A DNA stretch of 64,000 bases, from the NCBI GenBank assembly GCA_963813715.1, contig CAWFAK010000009.1, forward strand, positions 256,001 through 320,000. The letters are read 5' to 3'. Both the position numbers and the translations under genes were made by a program. Below are positions 31,356 through 43,247 of this stretch, piece after piece (position 1 is the first letter of the stretch; the number at the start of each line of letters is the position of its first letter). The notes under the pieces are model-generated. The model was not told the origin of the DNA. It worked only from the letters and a program-made list of their open reading frames with translations, and ran no database searches. This DNA is from an uncultured Planctomycetaceae bacterium. Lineage in GTDB: Bacteria > Planctomycetota > Planctomycetia > Planctomycetales > Planctomycetaceae.

Positions 31356-32265
31356 TCATTTTGCCGGCTTAGCGGCGTGCCAGGGCGGTTGATCCGGCAG
31401 GTAGGACTCGAACTCCGCGACGAGCGCCTGCTCGTACTCGCCGCCGTAGTTGCTCGCGAGAAACCGGTCGCAGGCCTCGCGGAAAAATCGCTCCCAGCTG
31501 GCGTCCTCGTTGCCCGGGTTAGTCGGATAAAAGTGGGCGCCGACCGCTTTGGCCGCCGCCAGGTCGCCGGGGGCGTCGCCGATCATCAGCACGTTTTGCG
31601 GCCTGTAGCCGGCTTTCGACGCCTGGGCCAGAATTTCTTTCTTGCTGCCGACTTCCTGGCCGCAGATCGCCGCCACGGAGGCCGCGATGCCGTGTTCTTC
31701 CCACTCTTTCTTGAGCGCGGCCCCCGGCGTCGCCGAGCAGACGATCACGTCGGCCACGCTCGACAGCTTGTCGAGCGACTCGCGCACGAACGGGAACGGC
31801 GGCACGCCACGGACCATCGCGTCGATCGACTCGTTGACGGCGTGCGACCAGGCGTACGCCAGCGCCAGGTCCGGGTCTTTAGTTTTCTCGACCTCGGCCT
31901 TGAGTGCGGGCATTCCCAGCTTGCTTTCGCGCTGGAGCCAGCCGACGAGCCCGGCGAGCTTGGCGACGTGCACGTGGCGACGCGTGACCTCGGGCCGATC
32001 GCGCAAGCAGATCGAACGTCATGGTCAGCCCGGGAAAGCGATTGATGCCCCGCCACTTGGAATACAAATTGACGAACTCGGCCGCCTCGCGGGCGAATTT
32101 GGAGATCGGCTGCAGGTCAAAGAAGCGGATGATATTGGGGATGAAGCATTCTTTGTGCTTGACCTCCATCGTGTCGAACGCGCAACCGTCGGAGTCGATG
32201 CCGACCAGAAAATCATGCCGCCGCTCGAAATGATCCAACGGGTTACCGGACACGGGGTGCCTCAA
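31356..32265 (-). CDS. HAD-superfamily hydrolase (frameshift near 32000)
   Basis: GIDSDGCAFD motif I; CSAT; K; MIGDAPGD motif IV. Confidence 0.8.
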
Positions 32266-32269
32266 GTCT

Positions 32270-32385
32270 GAATGAACGAAGCACGAATGACGAAGGAATG
32301 ACCGAATGACCTAAGCCCGAATGTGCCGAGTCGTCATTCGTGCTTCGTGCTTCTTTCGTCATTCGTGCTTCGTCATTCGGGTTTC
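32270..32385. repeat. Fold-back array of 7-mers (GAATGAC/GAAGCAC and complements)
   Basis: About 6 forward units followed by about 7 reverse-complement units (GTCATTC/GTGCTTC). Confidence 0.85.
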
Positions 32386-33676
32386 TTACCGGCGGTCCGC
32401 CTGCGGGACGTACGTTGGTAGTTTCTGCCCGGCGAAGAGTGGTTGCAATCGTGCCAGGCGCAGGCGGCCGTCGACCAGGGGCAGGCTGGGCCAGTCGTCG
32501 CCGATCAGCGGGCGGGCGTAACGCACGAAATCGTCGCTGACGTCGGTGCCGTCGCCGCTGATCCACTCGGGCGGGAACGTCGCGTTCGCTATTGGCCACT
32601 TCGGCCAGCGGCACCTTGTCGTAACGGACGTTATAGATCGGCCCCGGCTCGCGCAGGATCGTCGCCATAAAGCCGCCCGTGCCGGCCGCCGCCAGCTCGG
32701 CCGCCTTTTGGCCGGCGCGATAGGCCTCGTCGAGATCGACGGTCGAGGCGTAAATCATGTTGTGTCGCTGGTCGGTTCCCGGCACGTTCGCGCGGGCCGA
32801 CCCTTTGACCGGCAGGCCCTTCGCGTTAAGCGCGTTGATGAGGGACTGAGCGACGGTCAATTCGCTCGCGCTGAATTGCGTATGGCCGAAGGCGTCCTTG
32901 CGAGCCCCCAGATCGCCGATCGACAGACCTTCGCTCACCACCAGAATCGCGCGGCCGGCTCGCCGCAACATCCCGCTCACGTTGTCGGCGATTTGCTCGA
33001 GCGTCGTCGGCCGCTCGGCCAGATAGATCTGCAGCGGCAGCTCGCGTCCCGGATCGGCCAGGCGGGCAGCGGCCGGGATGAAACCGATCTTCCGTCCCAT
33101 CGCCTGCAGCACCAGAACCGGATCGGCGGGGCTGCTGCCGGCGTTCTCTTCGTTGGCGAACTGCACGGCATGCGCCCAGTAGCGGGCCGTGCTGCCGTAG
33201 CCGGGCGTGTGATCGATCAGCTTGAACTGGCTGTCGCCGACGTCGTTGTCGATCGTCTTGGGCACGCCGACGGCGATCAGATCGAGGCCGCGCTGGGCCG
33301 CCAACTGGGCCACCTTGTTGGCGGTGTCCATCGAGTCGTTGCCGCCGATGTAGCAGAAGTAGCCGACGTCGTGCGCGCGAAAGACGTCCAAAATCCGTTC
33401 GAAATCCTCCTGCTGCGCTTCGCGGAGCTTGTAGCGACAGGTGCCGATCGAGCCGGCCGCCGGCGTCACCCGCAACAGGGAAATTTCCTCGGCGGGCTGC
33501 GCGGAGAGGTCGAGCAGTTCCTCCTTGAGCACGCCTTCGATGCCGTGCCAGCCAGCGTAGATCGAGCCGATCTGCGGATAGCCCCGGGCCGCTTCGATCA
33601 GGCCGCGGAGGCTGTTGTTGATGACCGGCGACGGCCCGCCCGATTGGGCGACGACCAGGTTCTTCGCTTTCGCCAC
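32386..33676 (-). CDS. pfp: 6-phosphofructokinase, probably PPi-dependent (frameshift near 32580)
   Basis: QSGGPSPVIN; GTCR; IGGNDSMDT; PKTIDND; MGR; VSEG; true C-terminus ...FVRYARPLIG...PQADRR* ends at 32386. Confidence 0.85.
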
Positions 33677-33778
33677 GCGCGCTTGCTCCTATTGCTCTCG
33701 GTCAAACCGTCGATGATGTTAAAGGGCCGGAACAAATTCCAGTCGCCGATCGGTCCGACGGCTCGCGTGCGAGAGGCG

Positions 33779-33807
33779 TTGCGTGCGAATTTTCGCCTCC
33801 CTATACT
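33779..33807 (+). promoter_or_regulatory. Possible sigma70 promoter
   Basis: TTGCGT-N17-TATACT. Confidence 0.45.
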
Positions 33808-33868
33808 CGACCGAACCCCGCGCAGGTTCACGTTTCCCGCCCCCTCAACCATCGTCGGAGCTCTGTCG

Positions 33869-35239
33869 ATGCGTCGCCTGATCCGCCTTGGTCTTTCTTC
33901 CCTCGCTTTCACGCTGTTGATCGCCGCGCCGCTCATCGCCGCCGACTCTTGGCCGGGGTGGCAGGGCCCGAATCGCGATAACATTTCGCCCGACACGGGA
34001 CTGCTTAACAAATGGCCGACGGACGGACCGCCACTCAAATGGAAGGCGGATGGACTGGGCGGCGGGTACTCGGGCATCGCCGTCGTCGACGGCAAGATTT
34101 ACACCATGGGGCAAGTCGGCGGGAAAACGGGGAGTTACAACGCTCCGGCCGCGCCGGCTCCGGCCGCAAAAAAGGCCGGCAAGGGACGAGCCGCTCGGCC
34201 AGCCCAGAATCGGGGAGGCTCAACAGGCGACTGCCGGGTCGTCTGCCTCGATGAGCAGACCGGCAAGCTGCTCTGGTCGCAACAAGTCGGATCAGGCGAC
34301 CCGAACTGCACGCCGGCAATCGATGGCGACCGGCTCTACGCCCTCGACCGTAACGGCGAGTTCGTCTGCCTCGACACGAACGATGGCCGGGTCGTCTGGC
34401 ATGTCAATTTTCCTCACGATTTCCACGGTCACATGATGTCCGGCTGGGGCTACAGCGAATCGCCCCTGATCGATGGTGAAAAGGTCATCTGCACGCCGGG
34501 AGCCGACGATGCCATGGTCGTCGCCCTCGACAAGAAGACCGGAGCCCCCATCTGGAAGGGCAAGCCGCCCGAGGACCTCGGTTCCAAGGGTCTGCCCGGG
34601 GCCGGCTATTCTTCGGTCGTGATCAGCCACGGAGCCGGCGTGAAGCAATACGTTCAGATCGTGGGCAAAGGCCTGGTTTCGTTTCGCGCGGAGGACGGCA
34701 AGTTTCTTTGGCACTACAACCGCGTCGCCAACAACGTCGCCAACATCCCGACTCCCATCGTCAAGGACGATTACGTCTTTGCATCCACCGGCTACGGAGC
34801 CGGGGCCGCTTTGCTCCAGCTCAAGCCGAAGAATGGCGGTGTCGCCGCTCACGAAGTCTATTTCCTGCCGGGCAACAAGGTGCAAAACCATCACGGCGGG
34901 ATGGTGATGGTGGGCGACTACATCTACATGGGTAACGGCCACAACAACGGCTTTCCCCTCTGCCTCGATTGGAAGACGGGCAAGATCGCCTGGAACGGCG
35001 GCCGGGGCCCCGGACAAGGCTCGGCAGCCGTGCTCGAGGCGGACGGCGAGCTCTATTTCCGCTACCAGGATGGCATGATGGCTCTGATCAACGCGACGCC
35101 GGACAGCTACCACTTGCAGAGCAAGTTCATGCTGCCGACGCACAATGCCGAAAGCTGGCCGCACCCGGTGATCGTGAACCGCCGCCTCTTCCTCCGCGAT
35201 CAGGACAACCTGCTCTGCTACGACATCGCCAAACACTAG
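33869..35239 (+). CDS. Exported PQQ-binding-like beta-propeller protein
   Basis: Signal peptide; WPGWQGPNRD; repeated CLD..TGK..W; WPHPVI...LFLRD. Confidence 0.9.
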   Translation: MRRLIRLGLSSLAFTLLIAAPLIAADSWPGWQGPNRDNISPDTGLLNKWPTDGPPLKWKADGLGGGYSGIAVVDGKIYTMGQVGGKTGSYNAPAAPAPAAKKAGKGRAARPAQNRGGSTGDCRVVCLDEQTGKLLWSQQVGSGDPNCTPAIDGDRLYALDRNGEFVCLDTNDGRVVWHVNFPHDFHGHMMSGWGYSESPLIDGEKVICTPGADDAMVVALDKKTGAPIWKGKPPEDLGSKGLPGAGYSSVVISHGAGVKQYVQIVGKGLVSFRAEDGKFLWHYNRVANNVANIPTPIVKDDYVFASTGYGAGAALLQLKPKNGGVAAHEVYFLPGNKVQNHHGGMVMVGDYIYMGNGHNNGFPLCLDWKTGKIAWNGGRGPGQGSAAVLEADGELYFRYQDGMMALINATPDSYHLQSKFMLPTHNAESWPHPVIVNRRLFLRDQDNLLCYDIAKH

Positions 35240-35282
35240 CCGAACAAACGCCCGAGGCACACGTGCCGCGCGCTTGACCAAC

Positions 35283-35327
35283 ACGCCGGGCCGGAGCGGA
35301 CACCATCGCTCGGCCCGGCGTTTTTTT
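35283..35327 (+). terminator. Intrinsic terminator
   Basis: ACGCCGGGCC-GAGCG...CGCTC-GGCCCGGCGT followed by a T-tract. Confidence 0.75.
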
Positions 35328-35490
35328 GTTGGGGCAAGCTCTTCTGATCCACGTGTTGCTGCCCGTGGCTGGGGAATTGGTCTTCGCGCCGAGGCGAAAA
35401 TCGGCGACAGAGCATCTGACGCCGCCGTGGCCCGAGGGGCCTTTACCGGACGGCAAAGGGACGGCGCGCTCCACGTCCGGCAGGTGCATC

Positions 35491-36960
35491 ATGTCCGCAG
35501 TCACGCGACGCGAACTGGAAGCCGACTTAGCGGCGGTCGATACGCGGCTCGTCGACCAACCCAACTCGACCGATCTGCGATCCGAGCGGGCCCGCCTGCT
35601 ATTCGAACTGGGCCGCGTCGACGAAGCCAAGGCTCAGTTTCTTGCCATCCTGCGACACGATGGCCGTCACTTCTCGACGCTCAACAACTTCGGCGTCCTG
35701 CTGCACCGGACCGGGGCGACCGAGGCTGCCAGCCGCGCCTATCGGGCGGCCATCGCGCTCGAGCCGGCCAATCCGATTGGCCACACCAACTTCGCAGACC
35801 TGCTCGTGCAAAGCGGGGACCTGCCGACGGCGCGAACGCACTACGAGCAGGCCCTGCGAAGCGATCCGCAATTTCGCTCGGCCCACCGGGGGCTCGCGGT
35901 CGTTTTCGCCGCCCTTGGCGATAGCGAGCGGGCCCGACACCATCAGGCGCGACAATACGCGGGGCAACCACTTGAAAGTTTTCCCTATTGGGGAACGTCC
36001 GAGCCGATCCCGATTCTCGTGCTCACGTCGGCCGGAATCGGCAACCTGCCCTGGCTCGACCTCGTCGACAACCGCGTTTTCGCGATCACCACCCTGGCGA
36101 CGGAGTTCTTTGACCCGTCGCAACCTTTGCCGCCGCACCGCTTGATCTTCAATGCCATCGGCGACGCGGACGGCTCCTGTGCAGCGCTCCGCGCGGCCAC
36201 AACCCTCCTCGCACAGACAACCGCGCCGGTCATCAATCCACCCACCGCCGTGTTGGCGAGCGGACGCGTCGCCAATGCCGAACGATTCCGCCAGCTTCCG
36301 GACATCGTCGCACCACAAACTATCGCCGTCGCACGTTCGCTGCTAAGCGGGTCCGAGGGAGCCGCCGAGCTTTTACAACGAGGCCTGTCTTTCCCCTTAT
36401 TGCTCCGCAGCGCGGGTTTTCATATGGGTCAGCATTTCGTTCGCGTCGACACGCCCGACGCGCTCGCCACTGCAGCCGTCGCGCTGCCCGGGGACGAGCT
36501 GCTTGCGATCGAAAACCTCGATGCCCGCGGCGCCGACGGCAAAGCGCGAAAATATCGTGTGATGTCGATCGATGGCCAACTCTATCCGCTCCACCTGGCC
36601 ATCTCGGACAACTGGAAAGTGCACTACTTCAGCGCCGAGATGTCGCAAAACCCACAGCACCAGGCCGAGGAAGCCGCCTTCCTTGACGACATGCCCGGTA
36701 TCCTGGGCTCTCAAACTCTGCGAGCCCTGGAACGGATTGCCGGCGCGCTGGGCCTCGATTATGCCGGCATCGATTTCGGAGTCGGGAGCGACCGAGAGAT
36801 TCTGCTGTTCGAGGCCAACGCCACGATGCTCATTCCGACACCCGGACCGGAGCCCGAGTGGGACTATCGCCGAGCCGCCATCGGCCGCGCATTGGCCACC
36901 GCACGGAAGATGGTATGCGACCGAGCGCCCCAATTGAGTAATGCCCGCCGCGCCGCGTAA
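35491..36960 (+). CDS. TPR-repeat protein with C-terminal ATP-grasp (RimK-like) domain
   Basis: About 4 TPRs; FPLLLR; KYRV; LGLDYAGIDF; LLFEAN. Confidence 0.7.
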   Translation: MSAVTRRELEADLAAVDTRLVDQPNSTDLRSERARLLFELGRVDEAKAQFLAILRHDGRHFSTLNNFGVLLHRTGATEAASRAYRAAIALEPANPIGHTNFADLLVQSGDLPTARTHYEQALRSDPQFRSAHRGLAVVFAALGDSERARHHQARQYAGQPLESFPYWGTSEPIPILVLTSAGIGNLPWLDLVDNRVFAITTLATEFFDPSQPLPPHRLIFNAIGDADGSCAALRAATTLLAQTTAPVINPPTAVLASGRVANAERFRQLPDIVAPQTIAVARSLLSGSEGAAELLQRGLSFPLLLRSAGFHMGQHFVRVDTPDALATAAVALPGDELLAIENLDARGADGKARKYRVMSIDGQLYPLHLAISDNWKVHYFSAEMSQNPQHQAEEAAFLDDMPGILGSQTLRALERIAGALGLDYAGIDFGVGSDREILLFEANATMLIPTPGPEPEWDYRRAAIGRALATARKMVCDRAPQLSNARRAA

Positions 36961-37285
36961 TTGGGCCTCGTTCCCGCCCCGCCTTTGTCTTCCCGCTGCG
37001 GGATCATGCGCACGGCCTTTCCCCGGAGGGCGCGTGGCTTCCCTCAAGGCGCGGCCTTCGGCCGAATCGGCGACGACAACCCACTTCGGCGGAGGGCTTC
37101 TACAGCCGCCGAAAAACTGGTCTTCGTGGCCAGAATGTGGAGTGCGTGTGGAGAGATGTTGATCGCGAGGGTTAGATCCCAGAATTCGTCGCGGCATCTC
37201 GAGCCCATGGATTTTCGGACATCTGAACGCACATCTCGTTAGGGCGGCTTGAGTTTCGGCATTCGCGCGGAGTTGCCTCGGATCA

Positions 37286-37301
37286 GGGCACACGAAATGC
37301 G
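37286..37301 (+). promoter_or_regulatory. Sigma54-like -24/-12 motif
   Basis: GGGCACACGAAATGCG (GG-N10-GC) just upstream of ATG 37315; an NtrC-type activator is encoded in the same locus. Confidence 0.4.
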
Positions 37302-37314
37302 AATGCAGCCACAA

Positions 37315-39372
37315 ATGCTTGCGGTGGCCACTGCATCATCAGGCTCGAACGGTGCACCCGCTGCCGACCCAAAGTGTCGCGAGACCGGTGCCGCGACCAT
37401 CTTAGTCGTTGAAGATGATCCAGTCCTTTGTGACGTGCTGTGCCGAATTCTCAGTCGGGATGGCTACGAAGTCAGCCGTGCTCTCAGCACGTCGCAGGCA
37501 CTGGAACTCATCAACGAGCGCTTGCCGCAGCTAGTCATCCTCGACGCTTTTTTGAAAGACGGAACGAGCCTGCAAGTGGCGCAGACGGCGCACCGACAGA
37601 ACGCCACATTGCCTGTGATTTTGCTGACGAACTCGTGGTCTAAGAACAAGGATTTTCCGAACTGGCCGGCCATCCGGCTGCTGAACAAGTCACTGGGCCT
37701 GCCCGATCTACGCTGGGCGGTCGCCGCAACGTTGAACGACGCCAAATCGCCGGCACCCGCCGCGAGGTTTGAACCGGCCGCGACAGAGCGGTCTCCAAAC
37801 CTTCCCACGTCCCTTCCAAAGCCCGGGTCCGCATTACGAACTGCTAAGGAATTCGTCATGGGTCTCTTTGAATCGAAGTCATCAAAAGTCGTCGGCGCCT
37901 TGCTTCTCGGCGTGGTCTTGGTGGTGGGATTCGTCGCTGCGAACGGAGTGATTCGGCCCTCCGCGGCCGCGGAGGAAGAAAAGCCTGCGGCGGCAAAGAA
38001 CGTGGGTGGGGACAAGTCGGCTTCGACCGACTCCATCGAGCTGGTGCCAGACAAACCGCATACGCTCTTTTTGCCGGAAGACGTTCGCACATCGCTCGGC
38101 ATCCGGAAGGACGGGGTCGATTTGATCGCGGTGGCAAAGGTGCCCGAGCGGACGCGGCCGCTGGAAATGCCCGGTTCGACGGCCCTCGATCCGACAAAGA
38201 TTTTTCGGATGCGAGCGCGTTTCGCCCCTTCGCCGTCCTCGGCCGAGTGCGTTGAGATCGGACAAATGCAGGAGGATCCGCGCAAGAGCGGGAAGCCCGG
38301 AACCGTCTTTCGGGAGATCCGTTCGGGGGACAAGGTCATCAAAGGCAACTTGCTGGCGACCTTCTACAGCGTGGACGTCGGGAACAAGAAGAATGATCTG
38401 GTCGATGCCATCTACCAGCTCAAGCTCGACGACCAGATCATGAAACGCTGGGAGGCCAAAGCGGCGATCGTGCCCGACATTATGCTCTGGACCCAGCAGC
38501 GCACCGTCATCGGAGACATCAATGCGATCGAACGGGCCGTGAGCATGCTGAGGGCATGGGGAATTCCGGAAGAAGACATTCAGGCTCTGCGGAAGGAAGC
38601 GGAGGCCGTCAAGCCCGAGGACGCACAAAAGAAGCTGCGGCTGCACGACAGGTCAGAGTTCGAGCGCTGGGCGCGGGTCGAAATCAAGGCTCCGGCCGAC
38701 GGCGTCGTCATCGAGCGGAACCTGACGGTGCAGGAAATCGTCGTGGACAACACCACGAATCTCTTCCAGGTCGCCGACTTGGGCAAGCTGTTTATCACCG
38801 CCAATTGTCCCGAGGATGACTTGCCCCTGCTGGAGGCACTGCAGGAATCGTCGCACGGTCTCATCCCGTGGACGGTAAGGACGGTCGGCAGCCCGCCCAT
38901 GCCGGGGTACATCGATGACATCAGCTACCTGATCGATCCCAACCAACATACGGCCGTCGTGAAGGGCTACATCGAGAACAAGCAGGCCAAGTTGCGGGGC
39001 GGACAGTTCATCAAGGCGACGGTTGAGCTGCCGGCTCCCGAAGACGTCGTCGAGATCCCGATCGACGCCATGATCGAAGATGGCCTGCAGACCGTTGTCT
39101 TCGTGGAAACGGATGCGGCGAAGCAGCAGTACACGATGCGGCGCGTCGCATTGACGCACCGTTTCGAGAACAGGGTCTTCGTCCGCAGCAAGCCGTTCGC
39201 CAAGGGGGAAGCCCTCACGCCCGAGGATGCCGCACTCGGGATGCTCCCCAAGGAGCCCCTGCGGCCCGGCGAACGGATCCTGGGCACGGCCGTCAACGAG
39301 CTCAAGGCCGTTGTGCTCGACCGAGAATCGGAAGCACGGGTCAAGACCGCCCAGGCGGGCAAGAACCGATAA
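37315..39372 (+). CDS. Receiver domain fused to an RND efflux periplasmic adaptor (CusB/CzcB-like)
   Basis: REC: ILVVEDD...LVILD...VILLT...K; TM VVGALLLGVVLVVGFVAA; MFP: IKAPADGVVIERN, LFQVADL, IDPNQHT, LRGGQF, VVEIP. Confidence 0.8.
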   Translation: MLAVATASSGSNGAPAADPKCRETGAATILVVEDDPVLCDVLCRILSRDGYEVSRALSTSQALELINERLPQLVILDAFLKDGTSLQVAQTAHRQNATLPVILLTNSWSKNKDFPNWPAIRLLNKSLGLPDLRWAVAATLNDAKSPAPAARFEPAATERSPNLPTSLPKPGSALRTAKEFVMGLFESKSSKVVGALLLGVVLVVGFVAANGVIRPSAAAEEEKPAAAKNVGGDKSASTDSIELVPDKPHTLFLPEDVRTSLGIRKDGVDLIAVAKVPERTRPLEMPGSTALDPTKIFRMRARFAPSPSSAECVEIGQMQEDPRKSGKPGTVFREIRSGDKVIKGNLLATFYSVDVGNKKNDLVDAIYQLKLDDQIMKRWEAKAAIVPDIMLWTQQRTVIGDINAIERAVSMLRAWGIPEEDIQALRKEAEAVKPEDAQKKLRLHDRSEFERWARVEIKAPADGVVIERNLTVQEIVVDNTTNLFQVADLGKLFITANCPEDDLPLLEALQESSHGLIPWTVRTVGSPPMPGYIDDISYLIDPNQHTAVVKGYIENKQAKLRGGQFIKATVELPAPEDVVEIPIDAMIEDGLQTVVFVETDAAKQQYTMRRVALTHRFENRVFVRSKPFAKGEALTPEDAALGMLPKEPLRPGERILGTAVNELKAVVLDRESEARVKTAQAGKNR

Positions 39373-39541
39373 CGGAATCGAGCCCCAGCCGGGGTGCCCC
39401 ACTGTGATTTCTACCCCAAGGCTTCGGCGAGCTCCCTTCGGTGCGACGTCGGCGAGTTCGAGCCTCAGGGTTGTTAGACGGCCGAGCCGAGCATGAAGAG
39501 TCAAGCCGCGGTCGGCTCAGGTCTGCCAGGGAGAATCGATC

Positions 39542-42500
39542 ATGCTTCGTAGGCTCATTGAATGGGCATTGGATAACCCGGTGGTCGTGATCGCACTGGC
39601 GATCACGCTGGCGGGCGTGGGTATCTTCTCGTTCCTGCATGTCAACGTCGAGGCGTATCCCGACCCGGCGCCCGCGATTGTCGAGGTCTTTGCGCAGATG
39701 CCCGGCGCCTCGGCCGAAGAGATCGAGCGGCAAGTCACCGTCCCGCTCGAGGTGACGTTCGCCGGCATGCCCGGCATCAAGGTCATCCACAGCAAGTCGC
39801 TCTTCGGCCTGAGCGACCTGAAGATGAATTGGGAATACGGCGACAAGTGGACGTACGAGGCGGGCCGGCAGGAAGTGATCAACAGGATCTCCACGATCGC
39901 GCAGCCGCTGCCGCCCAACGTGAGTCCGCAGATCTCGCCCGAATCTCCCTGCGGTGAGATCTACCGCTACGTGATCTTCAGCCCCAAGGATGTGCGCGGC
40001 AAGGAATTCTACACGCTCAACGACCTCAAGGCCGAGGAAGACTGGGTGATGGAACGCGAGTTCCGCACCGTGCAGCGGATCGTTGACGTGGGAAGCTTCG
40101 GCGGCACCGTGCGGCGCTATGAAATCCAGCCCGACCCGGACCGGCTGCGGCGCTACGGCGTCACCCTGATGCAGTTGCAAAACGCGATTACGAACAGCAA
40201 CGCGACGGTCGGCGGCGACTACGTCAACGAGGGCGAGGTGGCGATGACAGTCCGCAGCGTCGGACTGTTCGGCGCGGCGCAGACCCGGTGACAAAGGTGC
40301 TGGGAAAGAAGGATCCGGCGCAGGCCGCGAAGATCCTCCGCGCGGAGGAGCGTCGCCGCATTCGCGACATCCGAGCGCTGGTGATCACTTCGGTCAACAA
40401 CCAGCCGGTCCGCGTGGAAGACGTGGTTGAAGGTGGGCGAATTTCCGACGAGGGAGAGCTGGGGAAGCAAGGGGTCGTCGTCAGCCACCGCACGCGTCTC
40501 GGAGCGGTTGCCTACTGGAGGCCGGATCAACCTCGCCCCCCCCGCTCGACCCACTCGATTGCCGAGCCGGCGTATGGCCACAGTGAGCGCGACGTCGTGG
40601 AATGCATCGTCCTTCTGCGCAAGAACGAAGACACTTTGCCGGCGGTGAAGGACGTCAAAGCCAAGGTTGCGGAGCTCAACGACCCCGACCGGGGCCGGAT
40701 GCTCCCCGGCACAACGGCCGATTGCTATTACGACCGCAGCGAGCTGCTGCAGGTCACGACCGACACGGTGACCGAAAACCTGATGATGGGGATCGGCCTC
40801 GTCGTCGCCATCCTGTTCATGTTCGTCAATAACATCCGCACAGCCATCATCGTCGCCATCAACATTCCGCTGGCCCTCTTGTTTGCCTTCACGGTCCTCT
40901 ACGTGCGGGGCAAGTCGGCGAACCTGCTGTCGATCGGAGCGGTGGACTTCGGCATCATCGTCGACTCCTCCGTGATCATGGTCGAAAACATCTACCGCAA
41001 CCTGGCCGCAGGCAACTATCCCGAGCTGCCCATGAAAGAGCGGATCCTGCGTTTCGTGCGGGAGATCGACGGCGCGCTCCTGTTCTCCACGCTGATCATG
41101 GTCTGCGCATTCATCCCCTTGTTCACGATGCAGGGGGCGGAGGGAGAGCTTTTCCGGCCGATGGCCCAAACGTATGCCTTCGCGTTGGGCGGCGCGCTCA
41201 TCCTGGCCCTCACGCTGACTCCCGTGCTGTGCATGTTCATGTTCAAGCACTTCAAGCCGACGCACGAAAACATCCTCGTTCGCTTTCTGAAGCGACGCTA
41301 CATCTGGCAGCTCAACGTCTGTTTGGATCACCCCTATCTGACCGTATTGCTGATGACCGGTTTGATCGGATACACGGCCTCGTTGATCCCCGGTCTGGGG
41401 CGCGAGTTCATGCCGGCCCTCGAGGAGGGGAACCTGTGGATTCGCGGCACCGCGCCCTTGAACACCTCGCTGGAGCGCCACAAAAAGCTTTCGGAACAGG
41501 CCGAGGCCATCATGGCCACCTACCCCGAGGTCGAATCGATCGTCAACCAACTCGGCCGGCCCGACGATGCCACCGACACGGCTGGCTATGAGAACAGCGA
41601 ATATTTCATCCCGCTGCGGCCTGAAAAAGACTGGCCGAAAACGGTCAAGCAGACCGGCTGGCGGCGCTGGTTGTTCGGCCCGATGCGGGCCCGCACCAAA
41701 GAGGAGCTCGTCGCGGACATGGATGCCGAGCTGATGCGGAAGCTCCCGGGCATTGTCTGGAACTTCTCGCAGAACATCCGCGACAACGTGATGGAGGCGC
41801 TCTCCGGGATCAAGGGCGACAACTCGATGAAGATCTTCGGACCGGACCTGGACAAGTTAGAGTCCCTGGCCGAGCAATCCAAGGAAATCTTGGAGCAGGT
41901 GCCCGGGCTGGTGGACGTCGGCATCTTCCATATCCGAGGCCAGTCGCACCTGCAGTTCCGCGTTGACCCGATCAAGTGCCAGCGCCTGGGGAGTGAGCAC
42001 GGCCGACGTCAACAACGTGGTGAATAGCGCCCTGGGGGCCGCGGCTCTGTCGCAAATGGTCGAAGGAGAGAAGCTGTTCGACATCTCGGTGCGGTGGCCC
42101 AAGCGGCTGCGAAGCAGCGAGACCGACATCCTGGATATCCCGGTCGACATCATCAACAACACGGTGGTGTTGAACCAAGGTCCAAACGTCGTCCCGACCG
42201 CCCAGGGGACGGGTCTGGCGCCGGCCTCGACAGTCGGAACCCAAGCCAACACCACCAACCCAATCAGCGCGCAGGCACCGCGGTTGCGGATCCGCGACGT
42301 GGTGTCGCCGGTCGGCGAGGACGGCGACCCCGACGAGTCGGGCCAATTCGAACACCATGGCGCGTCGACCATCTATCGCGAGCAAAACAAGCGGATGATC
42401 GCCATCAAGTTCGGCGTCCGCGACCGCGACCTCGGGAGCGCCGTCGATGAAGCCGAGCAACGCACCAAGCACCTCTTCGAGGCCCCTTACTATACGGTCT

Positions 42501-43051
42501 GGAGCGGCGAGTTCGAGCAGATGCAGGACGCCATGGGGCGGCTGCTGTTTATCGTCCCAATTTCGCTCACGCTGATCGTCATTCTGCTCTACGCCTGCTT
42601 CAAGTCGTTTATGGACGCGGTTGTCGTGCTCACCAATGTCTTCGACGTGGCGGTCGGCGGCATCTGGGCCCTGTACCTCACCGGCACAAATTTCAGCGTT
42701 TCGGCCGCCGTCGGCTTCGTCTCGCTCTTCGGCATCGCCGTGATGGAGGGGCTGCTCATGATCTCGTACTTCAATGCGCTTTGCGCCGAGGGATTGCCCC
42801 TGAGAGAGGCGATCGTACAGGGGGCCGCCAAGCGGGTGAGACCCGTGATGATCACGGCCATGACGGCCATCTTGGGACTCTTGCCCGCGGCCCTGTCGAC
42901 AAAGATCGGCTCGCAGACGCAAAAGCCGCTGGCCATCGTCGTGGTGGGCGGCATGACGTTGACGCTGTTCGTCGACCGCTACTTGATGCCCGTGCTCTAC
43001 AGCTTTTACGGAAGCCGCCAGCCGCCCGGCGGGGGGGGCATGGCGCACTAG
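39542..43051 (+). CDS. CusA/CzcA-family RND permease (two frameshifts, near 40280 and 41990)
   Basis: [69 protein letters not shown]. Confidence 0.92.
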
Positions 43052-43247
43052 AACGCTCTCTCAGAGTCACGCTCCCACGCCGCGAATGCCCCTCTCCGTC
43101 GCGGAAAGGATCGTCGCCTTCTGCCGAAGGAGCCCCGCTTCGCGTGATCGGAGTGATCGCGGGAGTCGAGCCTTTGGGGGATGCACCGAGATGAAGTCGC
43201 CAAGTTTGCTGAGAGAGAGCCTCACTACCACGATTCCGGCCGCCCTC

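Noticed and set aside
32546..33868. 897-aa ORF suggesting a long N-terminal extension on the PQQ beta-propeller
   Set aside because: The extension is the antisense shadow of pfk; the signal peptide, SD and promoter point to a start at 33869
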